NCBI RefSeq assembly: GCF_964355755.1
Contig: NC_092675.1
Span: 6,257,812-6,321,811 of the forward strand
Direction of reading: 5' to 3'
Origin: Antedon mediterranea
Taxonomy: Eukaryota > Animalia > Echinodermata
Length of the DNA stretch: 64,000 bases
Shown: piece by piece, positions 63,133-64,000 of the stretch
Layout: each line of letters opens with the position of its first letter
How positions within the stretch are numbered: position 1 is the stretch's first letter
Translations under genes and position numbers: made by a program
Notes under the pieces: generated by a model
Database searches by the model: none
What the model was told of the DNA's origin: nothing
Seen by the model: only the letters and a program-made list of their open reading frames with translations

Positions 63133-64000
63133 ACAAAATAGATTACCAACTATCCGATACGGACAGTGATTAATTTAGACTATTGGTAATCATTGGCCAC
63201 ATGTGGCAAAAGACACAAATTTTTAAAAAAACCCCTAACCTTAACATACAGGTGTGCCACACTGTGATTTGTATGACACTGTATTGCGGATTTTGCCTAG
63301 TACTGTGTATACTGTAGTACTGTGTTTTTATGCCATATGTACAGAGAGACACTTAAACAAAAGAAATTTTTATTTGAAATTTGTAAACTTCAAATTTAAC
63401 CATTTGCAATCGATAGTGCAAGTATTGAACAATACAAAATATTTGTAAAAAATAATAGATGAAAGATCAAGCATGCATGCATATTGCATTGTTCTCAAAG
63501 CTATAGTACGTTTGTACATACTCAGATAGCTTTGAAAATAGCATTGTACTTTTTCAAAATTGAGAATTATGCATTGAGTGATATAATCACTAAAAAAAAC
63601 ACACATTCATTTTGTTAATGTCGCAGACCTTAAAAATTCTACGACTACACATTTTTGCCATCAAGTTTTTGTTAAAGTTTATTTCCATTAAAAATTAGTT
63701 TTTTGGGGAAAATTACATATGAAAAAAAATGTGAATTATTATTTAATAAAAATTAAATACAGAATCAAATTAATTCAAAATGCACTATAGCAGCCGTTGA
63801 ATTTCAGAAAAATGTTTGTCGGCAATACGTCGCGGCATGCTAATTACCAGTACCAGTACCAGTAGTTAGTTATATCTTCATTTCTATATTATTTGCATAC
63901 AAAAAGCAAATAAAACACATCTTGCTACCCTCATCTTTTTCAATCGACATATATATACGAATTATTGCAAACAATAATAACTGGAAGCTTATTTTTTATA

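Overview
AT-rich, intron-rich animal genomic DNA. Spliceosomal GT-AG introns, a Deu-domain-like SINE and a 5S-derived SINE suggest a deuterostome invertebrate, possibly an echinoderm (inference). Two convergent genes were reconstructed exon by exon with consistent splice phases. (1) + strand: the 3' part of a KAT6A/B (MOZ/MORF/enok) MYST histone acetyltransferase, 10 coding exons at 7680-21709; its 5' exons lie outside the window. (2) - strand: a complete 23-exon gene (49390->26857, about 1042 aa) encoding MGCGAS acylation motif + DUF4062 + NACHT/STAND NTPase + TPR, an NPHP3/TEP1-like, NLR-like architecture. Upstream of gene 2 lie a dead 5'-truncated LINE, a CR1/L2 fragment, two back-to-back tRNA-like Pol III units, a 3.1-kb modular foldback palindrome rich in octamer motifs, and a probable promoter and non-coding first exon of a third, divergent gene. 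Introns carry at least 15 copies of one PIF/Harbinger-type MITE, several other MITE families, a Helentron-type element, SINEs and minisatellites.
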